A stretch of 49,681 bases of DNA, taken from positions 1 to 49,681 of the forward strand of contig CANFLP010000001.1 in assembly GCA_947447835.1 (NCBI GenBank), in the 5' to 3' direction. This DNA is from Bacteroidota bacterium (GTDB lineage: Bacteria > Bacteroidota > Bacteroidia > Chitinophagales > Chitinophagaceae). The translations under genes were made by a program, and so were the position numbers. This document shows positions 1 to 10,460 of this stretch, in pieces. Within the stretch, counting starts at the first letter, position 1, and each line of letters begins with the position of its first letter. The notes below the pieces were generated by a model. It was given only the letters and a program-made list of their open reading frames with translations. It was not told the origin of the DNA and made no database searches.

Positions 1-404
<404 letters not shown>

Positions 405-472
405 TTAATCGACCGCAATACTAAACAAATATTTAGCAGTTTAGTTGTGAAAGTGGAAAAATAATAAGATCG

Positions 473-480
473 TAATTTTG
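473..480 (+). promoter_or_regulatory. Candidate Bacteroidota sigma-A -7 element (TAATTTTG), 137 nt upstream of the dihydroorotase-like gene
   Basis: Exact match to TAnnTTTG in the divergent intergenic region; farther from the start codon than other promoters here. Confidence 0.45.
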
Positions 481-617
481 GCACCCTGCCTTGCCGCTAA
501 CGATTCGTATAATTGCCCTAAAATATCAATCGCAGACCTAAAATGTAGGTTTTTGGGGGTTAAATATAGGGTCAAATCCAAAAAACAAGGTATATTGCAT
601 CAAATATTATTGACTCA

Positions 618-1883
618 ATGACAACGCTAATCAAGCAGGTCAAAATTGCAGATAAACTGTCTCCGTTTAACGGACTAATCAAGGATATTCTTATCGAAGA
701 CCACAAAATTGTTTCCATTACCGATCATTTTTCAGGAAAAGCAGATGCTATCATTCAAAGTGAAGAGTTAATTGTAAGTCCAGGTTTCGTGGATCCATTT
801 GTACATTTTTGTGATCCAGGATTAGAACATAGGGAAAATTTACATTCTGGAGCAGAAGCTGCACAACAAGGTGGCTACACAACCGTATTCACTGTTCCCA
901 ATACACTACCAGTAGTAGATACAAAATCTCAGGTAACTTATATTAAACAAAACAGCCAATCACTTCCAATTAATGTTTTACCAATCGGGGCGATTTCAAA
1001 AAAGACTGAAGGCAAGGATTTAGCTGAGATGATTGATATGTTTAATAATGGAGCGGTTGCTTTTAGTGATGGCCTCTACCCTGTTCAATCTACTTTGTTA
1101 TTTCTAAAAGCGCTACAATATGTAAAAGCATTTGATGGTGTTGCAATACAAATGCCCATTGATAAAAGTTTAGGTAGTTTAGGATTAATGAATGAAGGCA
1201 TATTATCAACAAAATTAGGTTTGCCTGGTATTCCTGCCATTGCCGAAGAGTTAATTATTTCAAGAGATATAGAACTTTTAAGATACACACAATCTAAATT
1301 ACATATCACAAGTGTAAGTACGGCAAAAGGAATTGCAATGATTGCTGCTGCAAAAAAAGAAGGTTTACATATTACATGCAGTGTTACACCTTATCATTTA
1401 TTTTATAATGAGGAAGATTTGGGCAACTATGATACCCTGTTAAAAGTATTCCCTCCTTTAAGAACCAAGCTTGATCAAGCAGCTTTGCTTACGGCAGTTC
1501 AAGATGGAACAGTTGATTGTATAAGTTCACATCATATGCCACAGGATTGGGATGGCAAAACAATTGAATTTGAAAATGCAAAAGCAGGTATTGCAAGTAT
1601 TGAAACAAGTTATGCTGCTGTATCCCATTTGTTGCCAAGTTTATCTGAGCAATCTGTTGCAGCTTTATTTGGAGCAAATGCAAGAAAAATATTTAACCTC
1701 CCAGATGCATCTATACAAGAAGGCGCTGATGCAGAATTGACAATTTTTTCAAATAAGCAAACTACTTGTTTGTCTTTGAAAGATTCAAAAAGCAAGTCGG
1801 CTAATTCGCCATTTTGGGATAAAAAATTAAATGGTAAAATTATAGGTACTTATGTTAAAGGAAAAGCTAGTATCAACAATTAA
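618..1883 (+). CDS. Dihydroorotase-family protein (amidohydrolase fold), probably catalytically inactive (PyrC'-like)
   Basis: Overall type I DHOase layout (PGFVD, GGYTTV..PNTLP, AFSDG, KV.PPLR, KSANSPF...L.G), but metal and catalytic residues are substituted (see findings). Confidence 0.85.
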   Translation: MTTLIKQVKIADKLSPFNGLIKDILIEDHKIVSITDHFSGKADAIIQSEELIVSPGFVDPFVHFCDPGLEHRENLHSGAEAAQQGGYTTVFTVPNTLPVVDTKSQVTYIKQNSQSLPINVLPIGAISKKTEGKDLAEMIDMFNNGAVAFSDGLYPVQSTLLFLKALQYVKAFDGVAIQMPIDKSLGSLGLMNEGILSTKLGLPGIPAIAEELIISRDIELLRYTQSKLHITSVSTAKGIAMIAAAKKEGLHITCSVTPYHLFYNEEDLGNYDTLLKVFPPLRTKLDQAALLTAVQDGTVDCISSHHMPQDWDGKTIEFENAKAGIASIETSYAAVSHLLPSLSEQSVAALFGANARKIFNLPDASIQEGADAELTIFSNKQTTCLSLKDSKSKSANSPFWDKKLNGKIIGTYVKGKASINN

Positions 1884-1924
1884 TTATCCAATACAAAATA
1901 TCTTATAAACACACAAATAATAAA

Positions 1925-2443
1925 ATGGAAAATCAAGTTACATCACATATCATAAAAGGCGTAATACTTAGCGCTGTTTCAATCGTTTTTGCAGTTATTG
2001 TTTACGTATTTAATTTATACGAAATGAGTGCATTAAGTTATATCAACTATGCTATATTCTTAGGTGGGTTAATTTACGGAGCAGTGTTGTATTCAAATCA
2101 AAATAACAATAACGTTACTTTCGGTAATTTATTTGCACATGGTTTTAAAACCACAGCAGTGGTAATTGTGATTACTTCGGTTTATACAATCATTTCTATT
2201 AAGTTTTTATTTCCTGATATGGTGGATAAGGCTTTAGAGATTGCTAGAAAGAAAATGATGGAAAATCCTAAAATGACAGATGAGATTATTGAACAAGCCA
2301 TTTCAATGACTAGGAAATTTTTCATTCCATTTGCTTTAGGTGGAACTATCATCGGAACTGGTATTTTAGGTGCAATAGGATCTGCTATTGGTGCAGGAGT
2401 TGCTAAAAAGAACCCTAATCCATTTTCAGATAACGTAGCTTAA
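1925..2443 (+). CDS. DUF4199-like four-TM membrane protein
   Basis: 172 aa, three N-terminal hydrophobic helices, a soluble loop and a C-terminal Gly-rich helix; precedes a GT2 gene, as is typical for this family in Bacteroidota. Confidence 0.7.
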   Translation: MENQVTSHIIKGVILSAVSIVFAVIVYVFNLYEMSALSYINYAIFLGGLIYGAVLYSNQNNNNVTFGNLFAHGFKTTAVVIVITSVYTIISIKFLFPDMVDKALEIARKKMMENPKMTDEIIEQAISMTRKFFIPFALGGTIIGTGILGAIGSAIGAGVAKKNPNPFSDNVA

Positions 2444-2466
2444 TCCTTGATAGATAAATAATAATT

Positions 2467-3408
2467 ATGCAAATTTCCGTAGTCATTCCTTTGTTTAATG
2501 AAGCAGATTCTTTACCTGAATTGATGCAATGGATTGATCGTGTAATGCAAGAAAATAAATTCAGCTATGAGGTAATCATGGTGGATGATGGAAGTGACGA
2601 TGAAAGCTGGTCTGTAATTGAAACTTTAAGCGCCCAATACGCAGGATTAAAGGGAATCCGCTTTCAGCGTAATTATGGCAAATCTGCAGCATTGAATGAA
2701 GGATTTAAAGCAGCACAGGGAGATATTGTTGTGACAATGGATGCCGACTTACAAGATTCACCAGATGAGATACCAGAGTTTTACGATATGATCATGAATC
2801 AAGGGTATCATTTAGTAAGTGGTTGGAAAAAGAAACGTTACGATAATACATTTACAAAAAATATTCCTTCTAAAATATATAACGCAGTTGCGCGTAAAAG
2901 TTCAGGTATTGTTTTACATGATTTTAATTGTGGAATTAAAGCTTATCAATTAAAAGTGGTAAAAAGCATTGAGGTATTTGGTGAGATGCATCGTTATATT
3001 CCTATCCTGGCCAAATGGGCAGGGTTTAAAAAAATTGGAGAGAAAGTAGTTGTACACCAAGCAAGAAAATATGGCACTACTAAATTTGGATGGGAAAGAT
3101 TTGTAAATGGATTCTTAGACCTAATGACTATTCAATTCTTATCAAAATTTGGGAAGAAGCCAATGCAATTTTTCGGATTACTTGGTACGCTCTTTTTCCT
3201 AATTGGATTTGGATCGGTTGGGTATATAACTATTTCTAAATTTTTACAACCAGAAACGAGCATCACTAACAAACCTGCATTTTATATTGCATTAACATCA
3301 ATGTTATTGGGGGTTCAATTATTTTTAGCAGGATTTATAGCTGAATTAATTAACCGAAATGCAGCCGATCGAAACAGCTATTTAATATCTGAAAAACTAG
3401 GATGGTAA
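2467..3408 (+). CDS. Glycosyltransferase family 2 (ArnC/GtrB-like, polyprenol-phosphate type)
   Basis: SVVIPLFNE, VDDGSDD, NYGKSAAL, MDADLQD motifs; two C-terminal TM helices. Confidence 0.92.
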   Translation: MQISVVIPLFNEADSLPELMQWIDRVMQENKFSYEVIMVDDGSDDESWSVIETLSAQYAGLKGIRFQRNYGKSAALNEGFKAAQGDIVVTMDADLQDSPDEIPEFYDMIMNQGYHLVSGWKKKRYDNTFTKNIPSKIYNAVARKSSGIVLHDFNCGIKAYQLKVVKSIEVFGEMHRYIPILAKWAGFKKIGEKVVVHQARKYGTTKFGWERFVNGFLDLMTIQFLSKFGKKPMQFFGLLGTLFFLIGFGSVGYITISKFLQPETSITNKPAFYIALTSMLLGVQLFLAGFIAELINRNAADRNSYLISEKLGW

Positions 3409-4532
3409 GTTCACTGGTTATAATAGGCCCGGGCTGGCCTTTAAGAGGTGGCCTTTCAGCTTTTGATGAACAACTAGCTAGGACATTTACTGCAAAAGAG
3501 ATAACCTCTCGAATAGAGACTTTTTCATTACAATATCCTTCGATACTATTTCCCGGCACATCACAATATACTACCGAACCTTCTCCGACCGATGTAAAAA
3601 TTCATGCAGGAATTAATTCCATTAATCCATTGAACTGGATCAAAGTAGGTTTGAAAATTAAAGAGGAACGTCCCGATTTAATTATAGTTAGGTATTGGAT
3701 TCCATTTTTAGCACCCTGTTTAGGAACTATTTGTAGAATTGCCCGTTCCAATAAGCATACTAAAATTATTGCGATAGTTGACAATATGATTCCTCATGAA
3801 AAGAGAATCGGTGATAAACAACTTAGTAATTATTTTGCCAATTCGGTAGACGGATTCCTAACCATGAGTGATAAAGTAACTAATGACGTTAAAACTTTTT
3901 CACAAAAGCCAATTACACTTTCCCCTCATCCCATATTTGCACATTTCGGGAATCCTATTCCTAAAATAGAAGCTAGGCAGCAATTGGGATTGAATACAGA
4001 TGATAAAATAATATTGTTCTTTGGTTTTATACGAAATTATAAAGGGTTGGATATTTTATTAAATGCGATGGCCACTAGTGCGATGAAAGCATCCAATATC
4101 AAATTGATGATTGTTGGCGAGTTTTATGAAGACGCTCAACCGTATTATGATTTAATAAATAATCTCGGCATTTCGGATAAGGTAATTTTACATACACAGT
4201 TTATTCCTGACAATGAAGTGAAACAATATGTGTGTAGTGCCGATTTTATAATACAACCCTATCGTAATGCAACACAAAGTGGTGTAACGCCCCTTGCCTA
4301 TCATTTTGAAATTCCTATGTTGGTTACCAATGTAGGTGCATTAGCGGACACTGTCCCCAATGGTAAAGTGGGTGTAGTTGTAGAACCTAATGCAAAAGCA
4401 ATTGCTGAAGGTATTCAAACACTTTTTGAAAATGGGGTCTCAAGTTATAGTACCCATATAAAAGAAGAAAAAAAGAAATATAGCTGGGAACAAATGGCCG
4501 ACAATTTTATACAATTACACCAAAAGTTATAA
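3402..4532 (+). CDS. Glycosyltransferase family 4 (GT-B)
   Basis: LFFGFIRNYKGLDILL and PYRNATQSGV...TNVGAL motifs; overlaps the upstream gene by 7 nt. Confidence 0.9.
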   Translation: MVSSLVIIGPGWPLRGGLSAFDEQLARTFTAKEITSRIETFSLQYPSILFPGTSQYTTEPSPTDVKIHAGINSINPLNWIKVGLKIKEERPDLIIVRYWIPFLAPCLGTICRIARSNKHTKIIAIVDNMIPHEKRIGDKQLSNYFANSVDGFLTMSDKVTNDVKTFSQKPITLSPHPIFAHFGNPIPKIEARQQLGLNTDDKIILFFGFIRNYKGLDILLNAMATSAMKASNIKLMIVGEFYEDAQPYYDLINNLGISDKVILHTQFIPDNEVKQYVCSADFIIQPYRNATQSGVTPLAYHFEIPMLVTNVGALADTVPNGKVGVVVEPNAKAIAEGIQTLFENGVSSYSTHIKEEKKKYSWEQMADNFIQLHQKL

Positions 4533-4556
4533 TATTACTTCTATAAATTTATTACC

Positions 4557-5138
4557 ATGTCAATACAAGCAATAACCGATATAATTAAAGCGTCTATAGA
4601 TGTTAAGCAACAATTGCTAAACGACGAAGCGTTGGTACAACAAATACAAACAGTAACGGAAGTTATAACTAAAGCATTTCAAAAAGGCAATGCAGTTTAT
4701 TTTGCTGGAAATGGTGGTAGTGCAGCTGATGCACAACATTTAGCGGCTGAATTTTCGGGACGTTTTTATAAGGATCGCAAAGCTTTGCCTTCAGATGCTT
4801 TACATTGTAATACATCCTATTTAACTGCAGTTGCAAATGATTATAGTTATGATGTTATTTATGCACGTTTATTAGAAGGATTGGCAAAACCAGGCGATGT
4901 ATTGGTTGGTATAAGTACTTCAGGAAATTCCGGGAATATTGTAAAGGCATTTGAAATGGCTAAAACAATTGGGGTAACTACAATTGGGTTTACAGGACAA
5001 AAAGGGGGCCAGATGAAAGACTTAGGTGATTATTTAATTAATGTACCTTCTAACACTACCCCACGTATTCAAGAATCTCATATTTTAGTGGGCCATATAA
5101 TTTGCGAATTAGTAGAGATTAATATCTTCGGTAAATAA
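4557..5138 (+). CDS. gmhA: D-sedoheptulose-7-phosphate isomerase
   Basis: GNGGSAADAQHLAAE, ISTSGNS and RIQESH motifs. Confidence 0.95.
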   Translation: MSIQAITDIIKASIDVKQQLLNDEALVQQIQTVTEVITKAFQKGNAVYFAGNGGSAADAQHLAAEFSGRFYKDRKALPSDALHCNTSYLTAVANDYSYDVIYARLLEGLAKPGDVLVGISTSGNSGNIVKAFEMAKTIGVTTIGFTGQKGGQMKDLGDYLINVPSNTTPRIQESHILVGHIICELVEINIFGK

Positions 5139-5152
5139 TCAAAAAACCACAA

Positions 5153-5704
5153 ATGTCTTTTCAATTCTCAGCTATTAATAACAATTGGACACTGTTTTTA
5201 GACAGGGATGGTGTAATTAATGTTGAGAAGAACGAAGATTACGTTAAAAACTGGGATGAGTTTACATTTTATAAAGAAAGTTTGGAAGCCTTCCCTATTC
5301 TAGCTCATAAGTTTAAGACGATTGTGATAACTACAAATCAGAAAGGGATTGGCAAGGGTTTAATGACGCATGACGACCTTACACATATCCATACCAATAT
5401 GATACAAGGTATTAATCAAGTTGGTGGAAGAATTGACCATATATTTTACTGTGCCGATTTAGACAATAATGCTATCAATAGAAAGCCACAGCCTGGCATG
5501 GCCTATCAAGCAAAAGCTTTATTCCCAACTATCAATTTTGCAGAATCTATTATGGTGGGTAATAGAACTAGTGATATGCATTTTGGAAGAAATGCAGGAT
5601 TGCATACTGTATTTTTGGCTACCACACATCCAGAAACACCCTTTCCTAATACAACTATTGATTTTCGTTTTGATAACTTATTAGATTTTGCAAATGCACT
5701 CTAA
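5153..5704 (+). CDS. gmhB: HAD-IIIA phosphatase, heptose-1,7-bisphosphate phosphatase-like
   Basis: FLDRDGVIN, TNQKG and RKP motifs; directly after gmhA. Confidence 0.8.
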   Translation: MSFQFSAINNNWTLFLDRDGVINVEKNEDYVKNWDEFTFYKESLEAFPILAHKFKTIVITTNQKGIGKGLMTHDDLTHIHTNMIQGINQVGGRIDHIFYCADLDNNAINRKPQPGMAYQAKALFPTINFAESIMVGNRTSDMHFGRNAGLHTVFLATTHPETPFPNTTIDFRFDNLLDFANAL

Positions 5705-5726
5705 TAGAACAATAATATAATTAGCT

Positions 5727-6557
5727 ATGTATAAATGTATAAGTGTTTTATTTATTTGTTTTGTGTTTAGTACAACAACTAAAGCACAAACTAAAGTAGA
5801 TACTGCTGGTGTCGCTTTACAAAAATTAGCATTATCTATTCAGACCGATACTGTCATTGCAAATAGATTTAAATCAGACAGTATTTTTACAAGAGCGCTG
5901 ATTCAAACCTTAAAGCAACCCTATTCTTATAATTTTCATTACGATTCTTTAACTGCCATTAAAATATTGTTTGCACCAGATAATGCATTTAAAATATTTA
6001 GTTGGCAATTAGATTTAGGAGACGGCACTTACCGACAACGAGCTGCAATGCAATTACCAACTATAGATGGTGCATTAAAATTATTGCCATTTTTTGATAA
6101 TTCAGATTTTATTGAAAATCCATCAAGGGAATTAACCAGTAGAAAAAACTGGATTGGGGCTATTTATTATCAGATTGTCTTAACTGAGTTTAATAATAAA
6201 AAATATTATACTCTTATTGGTTATGATGAATATAATTTGGCCGTTTCCAGGAAGATAATCGAAGTAATGCATTTTGAAAATAATGAACCCATTTTAGGAG
6301 GAGATTATTTTAGATATCCGCCCGATGAGACATATCCCTTAGCGCCTATTGATAGGTTTATTTATGCCTATAAAAAAGGCAGCAATGCTTTTATAAGGTA
6401 TGAGCCGTCAAGTAAACGTATTGTGTTATCTGAATTAACAAGTACAGAAAAAGATTTGAAAGTAGCGAGTACTTTAGTGCCTAGTGGAAACGAATTATTT
6501 TTTGAATGGAAGCAAGGTAAATGGATAATGGCACCAAAACTTGCACATAAAAAATAA
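5727..6557 (+). CDS. Secreted hypothetical protein
   Basis: 276 aa ORF with a Sec signal peptide (TKA|Q); no family recognised. Confidence 0.8.
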   Translation: MYKCISVLFICFVFSTTTKAQTKVDTAGVALQKLALSIQTDTVIANRFKSDSIFTRALIQTLKQPYSYNFHYDSLTAIKILFAPDNAFKIFSWQLDLGDGTYRQRAAMQLPTIDGALKLLPFFDNSDFIENPSRELTSRKNWIGAIYYQIVLTEFNNKKYYTLIGYDEYNLAVSRKIIEVMHFENNEPILGGDYFRYPPDETYPLAPIDRFIYAYKKGSNAFIRYEPSSKRIVLSELTSTEKDLKVASTLVPSGNELFFEWKQGKWIMAPKLAHKK

Positions 6558-6558
6558 C

Positions 6559-8343
6559 TTAATCTAATTTAAGTACTGCTAAAAAAGCTTCCTGAGGAAT
6601 TTCTACGTTACCAATTTGACGCATTCTCTTTTTACCCTCTTTTTGCTTTTCTAATAATTTACGTTTACGACTAATATCACCTCCGTAACACTTTGCAGTA
6701 ACGTCCTTACGCATTGCAGATATATTTTCACGCGCAACAACCTTAGCACCTATAGCAGCTTGAATGGCAATTTGAAATTGTTGTTTTGTTAAAAGCTCTT
6801 TTAATTTTTCGCAAAGCTTACGTCCAAATTCAGCAGATTTACCTCTATGTATTAAAGCACTTAAGGCATCTACTTTTTCATTGTTTAATAGGATATCCAT
6901 TTTAACAATGTCTGCTTCTCTAAATCCGATTTGAGTATAATCAAAAGAAGCATACCCTCTTGTACCACTCTTTAATTTATCATAGAAGTCAAATACAATT
7001 TCGGTTAATGGCATTTCAAAAATTAATTCAACACGTGTAGGTGTTAAATAACTTTGATTAATTAACATACCACGTTTACCCAAACATAAGGTGATAATAT
7101 TACCGATATAATCTGGAGTAGTAATAATTTGAGCTCTAATAAAAGGCTCTTCAATGTAATCCACCTTAACTGGATCCGGCATTTCGGCTGGATTGTTTAC
7201 AATAATCTTTTCTTTCCTTGTTGTATAGGCAATAAAGCTTACGTTAGGTACAGTGGTAATTACTGTTTGATTAAACTCTCTTTCTAAACGTTCTTGGATA
7301 ATTTCCATATGCAATAGACCAAGGAATCCACAACGGAATCCAAAGCCTAATGCTTGTGAGGTTTCTAATTCAAAAGTTAAAGAAGCATCATTTAATTGAA
7401 GCTTTTCCATACAATCTCTCAGCTCCTCAAATTCGTCTGTGTTAACAGGATAGATTCCAGCAAAAACCATTGGTTTTACTTCCTCAAATCCATTAATCAT
7501 TTCCCCAGGATTGTTTGCAAGGGTAATGGTGTCACCTACTTTAACTTCTTTCGCATTTTTTATTCCTGTAATAATATAGCCCACATCACCCGCACGCACT
7601 TCTGCTTTAGGTGTCATTGCTAATTTCAATACACCAACTTCGTCCGCAATATAATCTCTGCCCGATGCAACAAATTGAATTTTATCATTCTTCTTTAATA
7701 CACCATTCATGATTCTGTAGTATACAATAATACCTCTGAAGCTATTAAAGACACTATCAAAAATTAATGCTTGTAATGGAGCTTCAGGATTTCCTACTGG
7801 AGCAGGAATACGCTCACAAACAGCTTGTAAAATTTCTTCAATACCAATACCTGATCTACCACTTGCTAATAATATATCTTCTTGCTTACAACCAATTAAG
7901 TCAATAATTTGATCGGTTACTTCAGGAATTTTAGCACCATCCATATCAATTTTATTAATCACCGGAATGATCTCTAAATTATTATCTAATGCCAAATATA
8001 AATTGGAAATAGTTTGTGCTTGAATACCCTGAGAAGCATCTACTAATAAAAGAGCTCCTTCACATGCTGCTAATGCACGACTTACTTCATAACTAAAGTC
8101 AACGTGACCTGGAGTATCAATTAAATTTAAAGTATAAGTTTCGCCTTTGTGAATATAATTAATTTGAATGGCGTGACTCTTAATGGTAATACCCTTTTCT
8201 CTTTCCAAATCCATATCATCTAACACCTGATTCATCATTTCACGTTCAGTTATGGTCTTGGTGTGTTCCAATAAACGGTCAGCCAAGGTACTTTTACCGT
8301 GATCAATATGTGCGATGATACAAAAATTTCTTATGTTCTTCAT
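6559..8343 (-). CDS. lepA: Translation elongation factor 4
   Basis: [32 protein letters not shown] and [21 protein letters not shown]. Confidence 0.99.
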   Translation of the reverse strand: MKNIRNFCIIAHIDHGKSTLADRLLEHTKTITEREMMNQVLDDMDLEREKGITIKSHAIQINYIHKGETYTLNLIDTPGHVDFSYEVSRALAACEGALLLVDASQGIQAQTISNLYLALDNNLEIIPVINKIDMDGAKIPEVTDQIIDLIGCKQEDILLASGRSGIGIEEILQAVCERIPAPVGNPEAPLQALIFDSVFNSFRGIIVYYRIMNGVLKKNDKIQFVASGRDYIADEVGVLKLAMTPKAEVRAGDVGYIITGIKNAKEVKVGDTITLANNPGEMINGFEEVKPMVFAGIYPVNTDEFEELRDCMEKLQLNDASLTFELETSQALGFGFRCGFLGLLHMEIIQERLEREFNQTVITTVPNVSFIAYTTRKEKIIVNNPAEMPDPVKVDYIEEPFIRAQIITTPDYIGNIITLCLGKRGMLINQSYLTPTRVELIFEMPLTEIVFDFYDKLKSGTRGYASFDYTQIGFREADIVKMDILLNNEKVDALSALIHRGKSAEFGRKLCEKLKELLTKQQFQIAIQAAIGAKVVARENISAMRKDVTAKCYGGDISRKRKLLEKQKEGKKRMRQIGNVEIPQEAFLAVLKLD

Positions 8344-8367
8344 GTAGTGAAACTAGTCTTTTAAAAT

Positions 8368-9129
8368 CTATTTAAGTGCATTAATAATAGCAGCAAACTC
8401 AGTAGCAATTAAGGATGCGCCACCAACTAAACCACCATCCACATCTGGTTGAGAGAAAATTTCTTTTGCATTAGCTGCTTTTACGCTGCCACCATACAAA
8501 ATTGAAATTTGATCTGCAATTGATTGACCATATTTAGCAGCAAATACCGATCTGATATAGGCATGAATTTCTTGAGCTTGTTCACTTGATGCAGTTTTAC
8601 CAGTACCTATAGCCCAGATTGGTTCGTAAGCAATTACAACTTTTGTAATTTGATCTGCACTTAAATGAAATAATGAATTTTTTAATTGCGCTTCTACAAA
8701 GCTATTTTGAGTTCCGGCTTCTCTAATTTCTAAAGGCTCACCACAACAAAATATAGGCGTACTGCCAATTGCTAAAACTGCATCTGTTTTTTCTGCAAGT
8801 AAGGCATCTGATTCAGCAAAATATTCACGACGTTCTGAGTGGCCTAGTACGATATGTTTAACGCCAACTGATGCAAACATTGGTGCAGAAATCTCACCTG
8901 TATAAGCGCCATTCGATTTTTGATGACAGTTTTGAGCTGCAACGTATACATTGTTTTTGCCAACTAATTTACTAGTCGCTAAAGGGATATAAATTGCAGG
9001 AACAGCAAAAATAGCTTCTTGATTAGCTGACAAGCTATGTTCGGTAGCTAGTAATTGATCTAATAATGTTTCAGCCTCTGATTGACTCAAATTCATTTTC
9101 CAGTTAGCAGCTGCGATTTGCTTTCTCAT
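8368..9129 (-). CDS. tpiA: Triosephosphate isomerase
   Basis: NWKMN, GHSERR, AYEPIWAIGTG, YGGSV and LVGGASL. Confidence 0.99.
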   Translation of the reverse strand: MRKQIAAANWKMNLSQSEAETLLDQLLATEHSLSANQEAIFAVPAIYIPLATSKLVGKNNVYVAAQNCHQKSNGAYTGEISAPMFASVGVKHIVLGHSERREYFAESDALLAEKTDAVLAIGSTPIFCCGEPLEIREAGTQNSFVEAQLKNSLFHLSADQITKVVIAYEPIWAIGTGKTASSEQAQEIHAYIRSVFAAKYGQSIADQISILYGGSVKAANAKEIFSQPDVDGGLVGGASLIATEFAAIINALK

Positions 9130-9218
9130 ATTTTAATTATTTATAATATTAATTGTAGGTGTAATTTGCCGTGCGAAGGTAATTAAAAATTGGGTCAAAG
9201 AAAGGATAAATAGGAATG

Positions 9219-10382
9219 TTAAGCACTTAAATGATGAAGGTGCTTTAAGACTAGTTTTTCAGGCTCTGAGATGCTAAAACCTTTTAATTTTTTCCAATTG
9301 TTGATGTCCTCTATTACTTTATCGTATTGATATCCTGGTAAAACACCCCAAGTAAAATTAGGGAGGTTTTTAGGCAATAAACCATTGCCAAAAATATTAG
9401 CACTTACCCCAATATAGGATCCTGTATTAATGCTCGAATGAATTGCGAACCTACTATAATCTCCAACAAGCATTCCCATTTTTTGACCCACTGAGTCCCA
9501 AATTTGTTTGGACTCATTCCACATTTGTATTATTCCAGCAGTGTTTTTAATATTACTATTACAGGTGCCTGCTCCAAAATTGCACCAATATCCTACAATA
9601 CTATCTCCCATGTACCCCTCATGGCCTTTATTGGAATAGCCCATCATAATGGAGTTTTTAATTTCACCCCCTGCCAAGCAGTTTGGACCAATACTAGTTG
9701 TTCCATAAATACTAGCATTCATCTTTACGACTCCTTTTTGTCCTAAAGCAAATGGGCCACGTATACTTACACCTTCCATCACAACTGCTTCTTTACCAAT
9801 GTATATTGGACCTTCACTTGCATTTAAATTTGAACATAATACTGTAGCCCCTTCTTCGATAAATACCTGTGCTGGATTAATAACCCTATTTGAGGCGTCG
9901 ATAGCTATGGATTTTCTATTGGCTTGAATCCAAGCAAAATCTCTTTTAAGTAAATGAGTATGTAGTCTTAATAAGTCAATCGCATCCTTAATAATTTGCA
10001 CATTGGGAAAATCAATGGGTGGGAATTCGGCGAGTAGTATTTTGGATAAAGCCCTTTCTTTTGTAAAAGTGGCTATCCATTTCCCGCTTTCACTAACTAA
10101 TTTCTCCCCTTCTTTTAATAAGTTGATTTGTCGAACTAGTTCATCTGAAGGAATGCAGGTTACATTTATAAAAACCAAGGCTTCCTCTGCTTGCAAACTA
10201 TTATCCTCTGCATATAAAACCTGTAAATATTTTGCTGTTAAAATACCTGCATCTTCATTTAGATATTGCTCCCATCTTTGTTTAAATGTAAATATTCCAA
10301 CCCTGCAATCTGCTAATGATCTTGTTAATGTAAATGGATAAAATTGTTCTCTATCCGGTGTGTCAACTAAAATATATTGCAT
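9219..10382 (-). CDS. GlmU-related sugar nucleotidyltransferase / hexapeptide-repeat acetyltransferase (Bacteroidota type)
   Basis: N-terminal PFTLTR...R.GI.T motif followed by a left-handed beta-helix region (GPIYIG, GGEIKNS, NKGHEGYMGDS, NFGAGT.NSN.KN). Confidence 0.8.
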   Translation of the reverse strand: MQYILVDTPDREQFYPFTLTRSLADCRVGIFTFKQRWEQYLNEDAGILTAKYLQVLYAEDNSLQAEEALVFINVTCIPSDELVRQINLLKEGEKLVSESGKWIATFTKERALSKILLAEFPPIDFPNVQIIKDAIDLLRLHTHLLKRDFAWIQANRKSIAIDASNRVINPAQVFIEEGATVLCSNLNASEGPIYIGKEAVVMEGVSIRGPFALGQKGVVKMNASIYGTTSIGPNCLAGGEIKNSIMMGYSNKGHEGYMGDSIVGYWCNFGAGTCNSNIKNTAGIIQMWNESKQIWDSVGQKMGMLVGDYSRFAIHSSINTGSYIGVSANIFGNGLLPKNLPNFTWGVLPGYQYDKVIEDINNWKKLKGFSISEPEKLVLKHLHHLSA

Positions 10383-10399
10383 GTTAGAATATTATTGAA

Positions 10400-10407
10400 C
10401 AAATTTA
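10400..10407 (-). promoter_or_regulatory. Candidate -7 element (TAAATTTG) for the GlmU-like gene
   Basis: Exact TAnnTTTG on the minus strand, 17 nt before the start codon. Confidence 0.6.
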
Positions 10408-10460
10408 ACGCATTCTGCAATTACACTTGCTCAATTCCTAACAGATGTTTATTAATTGCT

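Noticed and set aside
503-560. TCGTATAAT resembling the start of a purine riboswitch
   Set aside because: The GTTTCTAC junction, the kissing-loop sequences and the P1 3' strand are absent.
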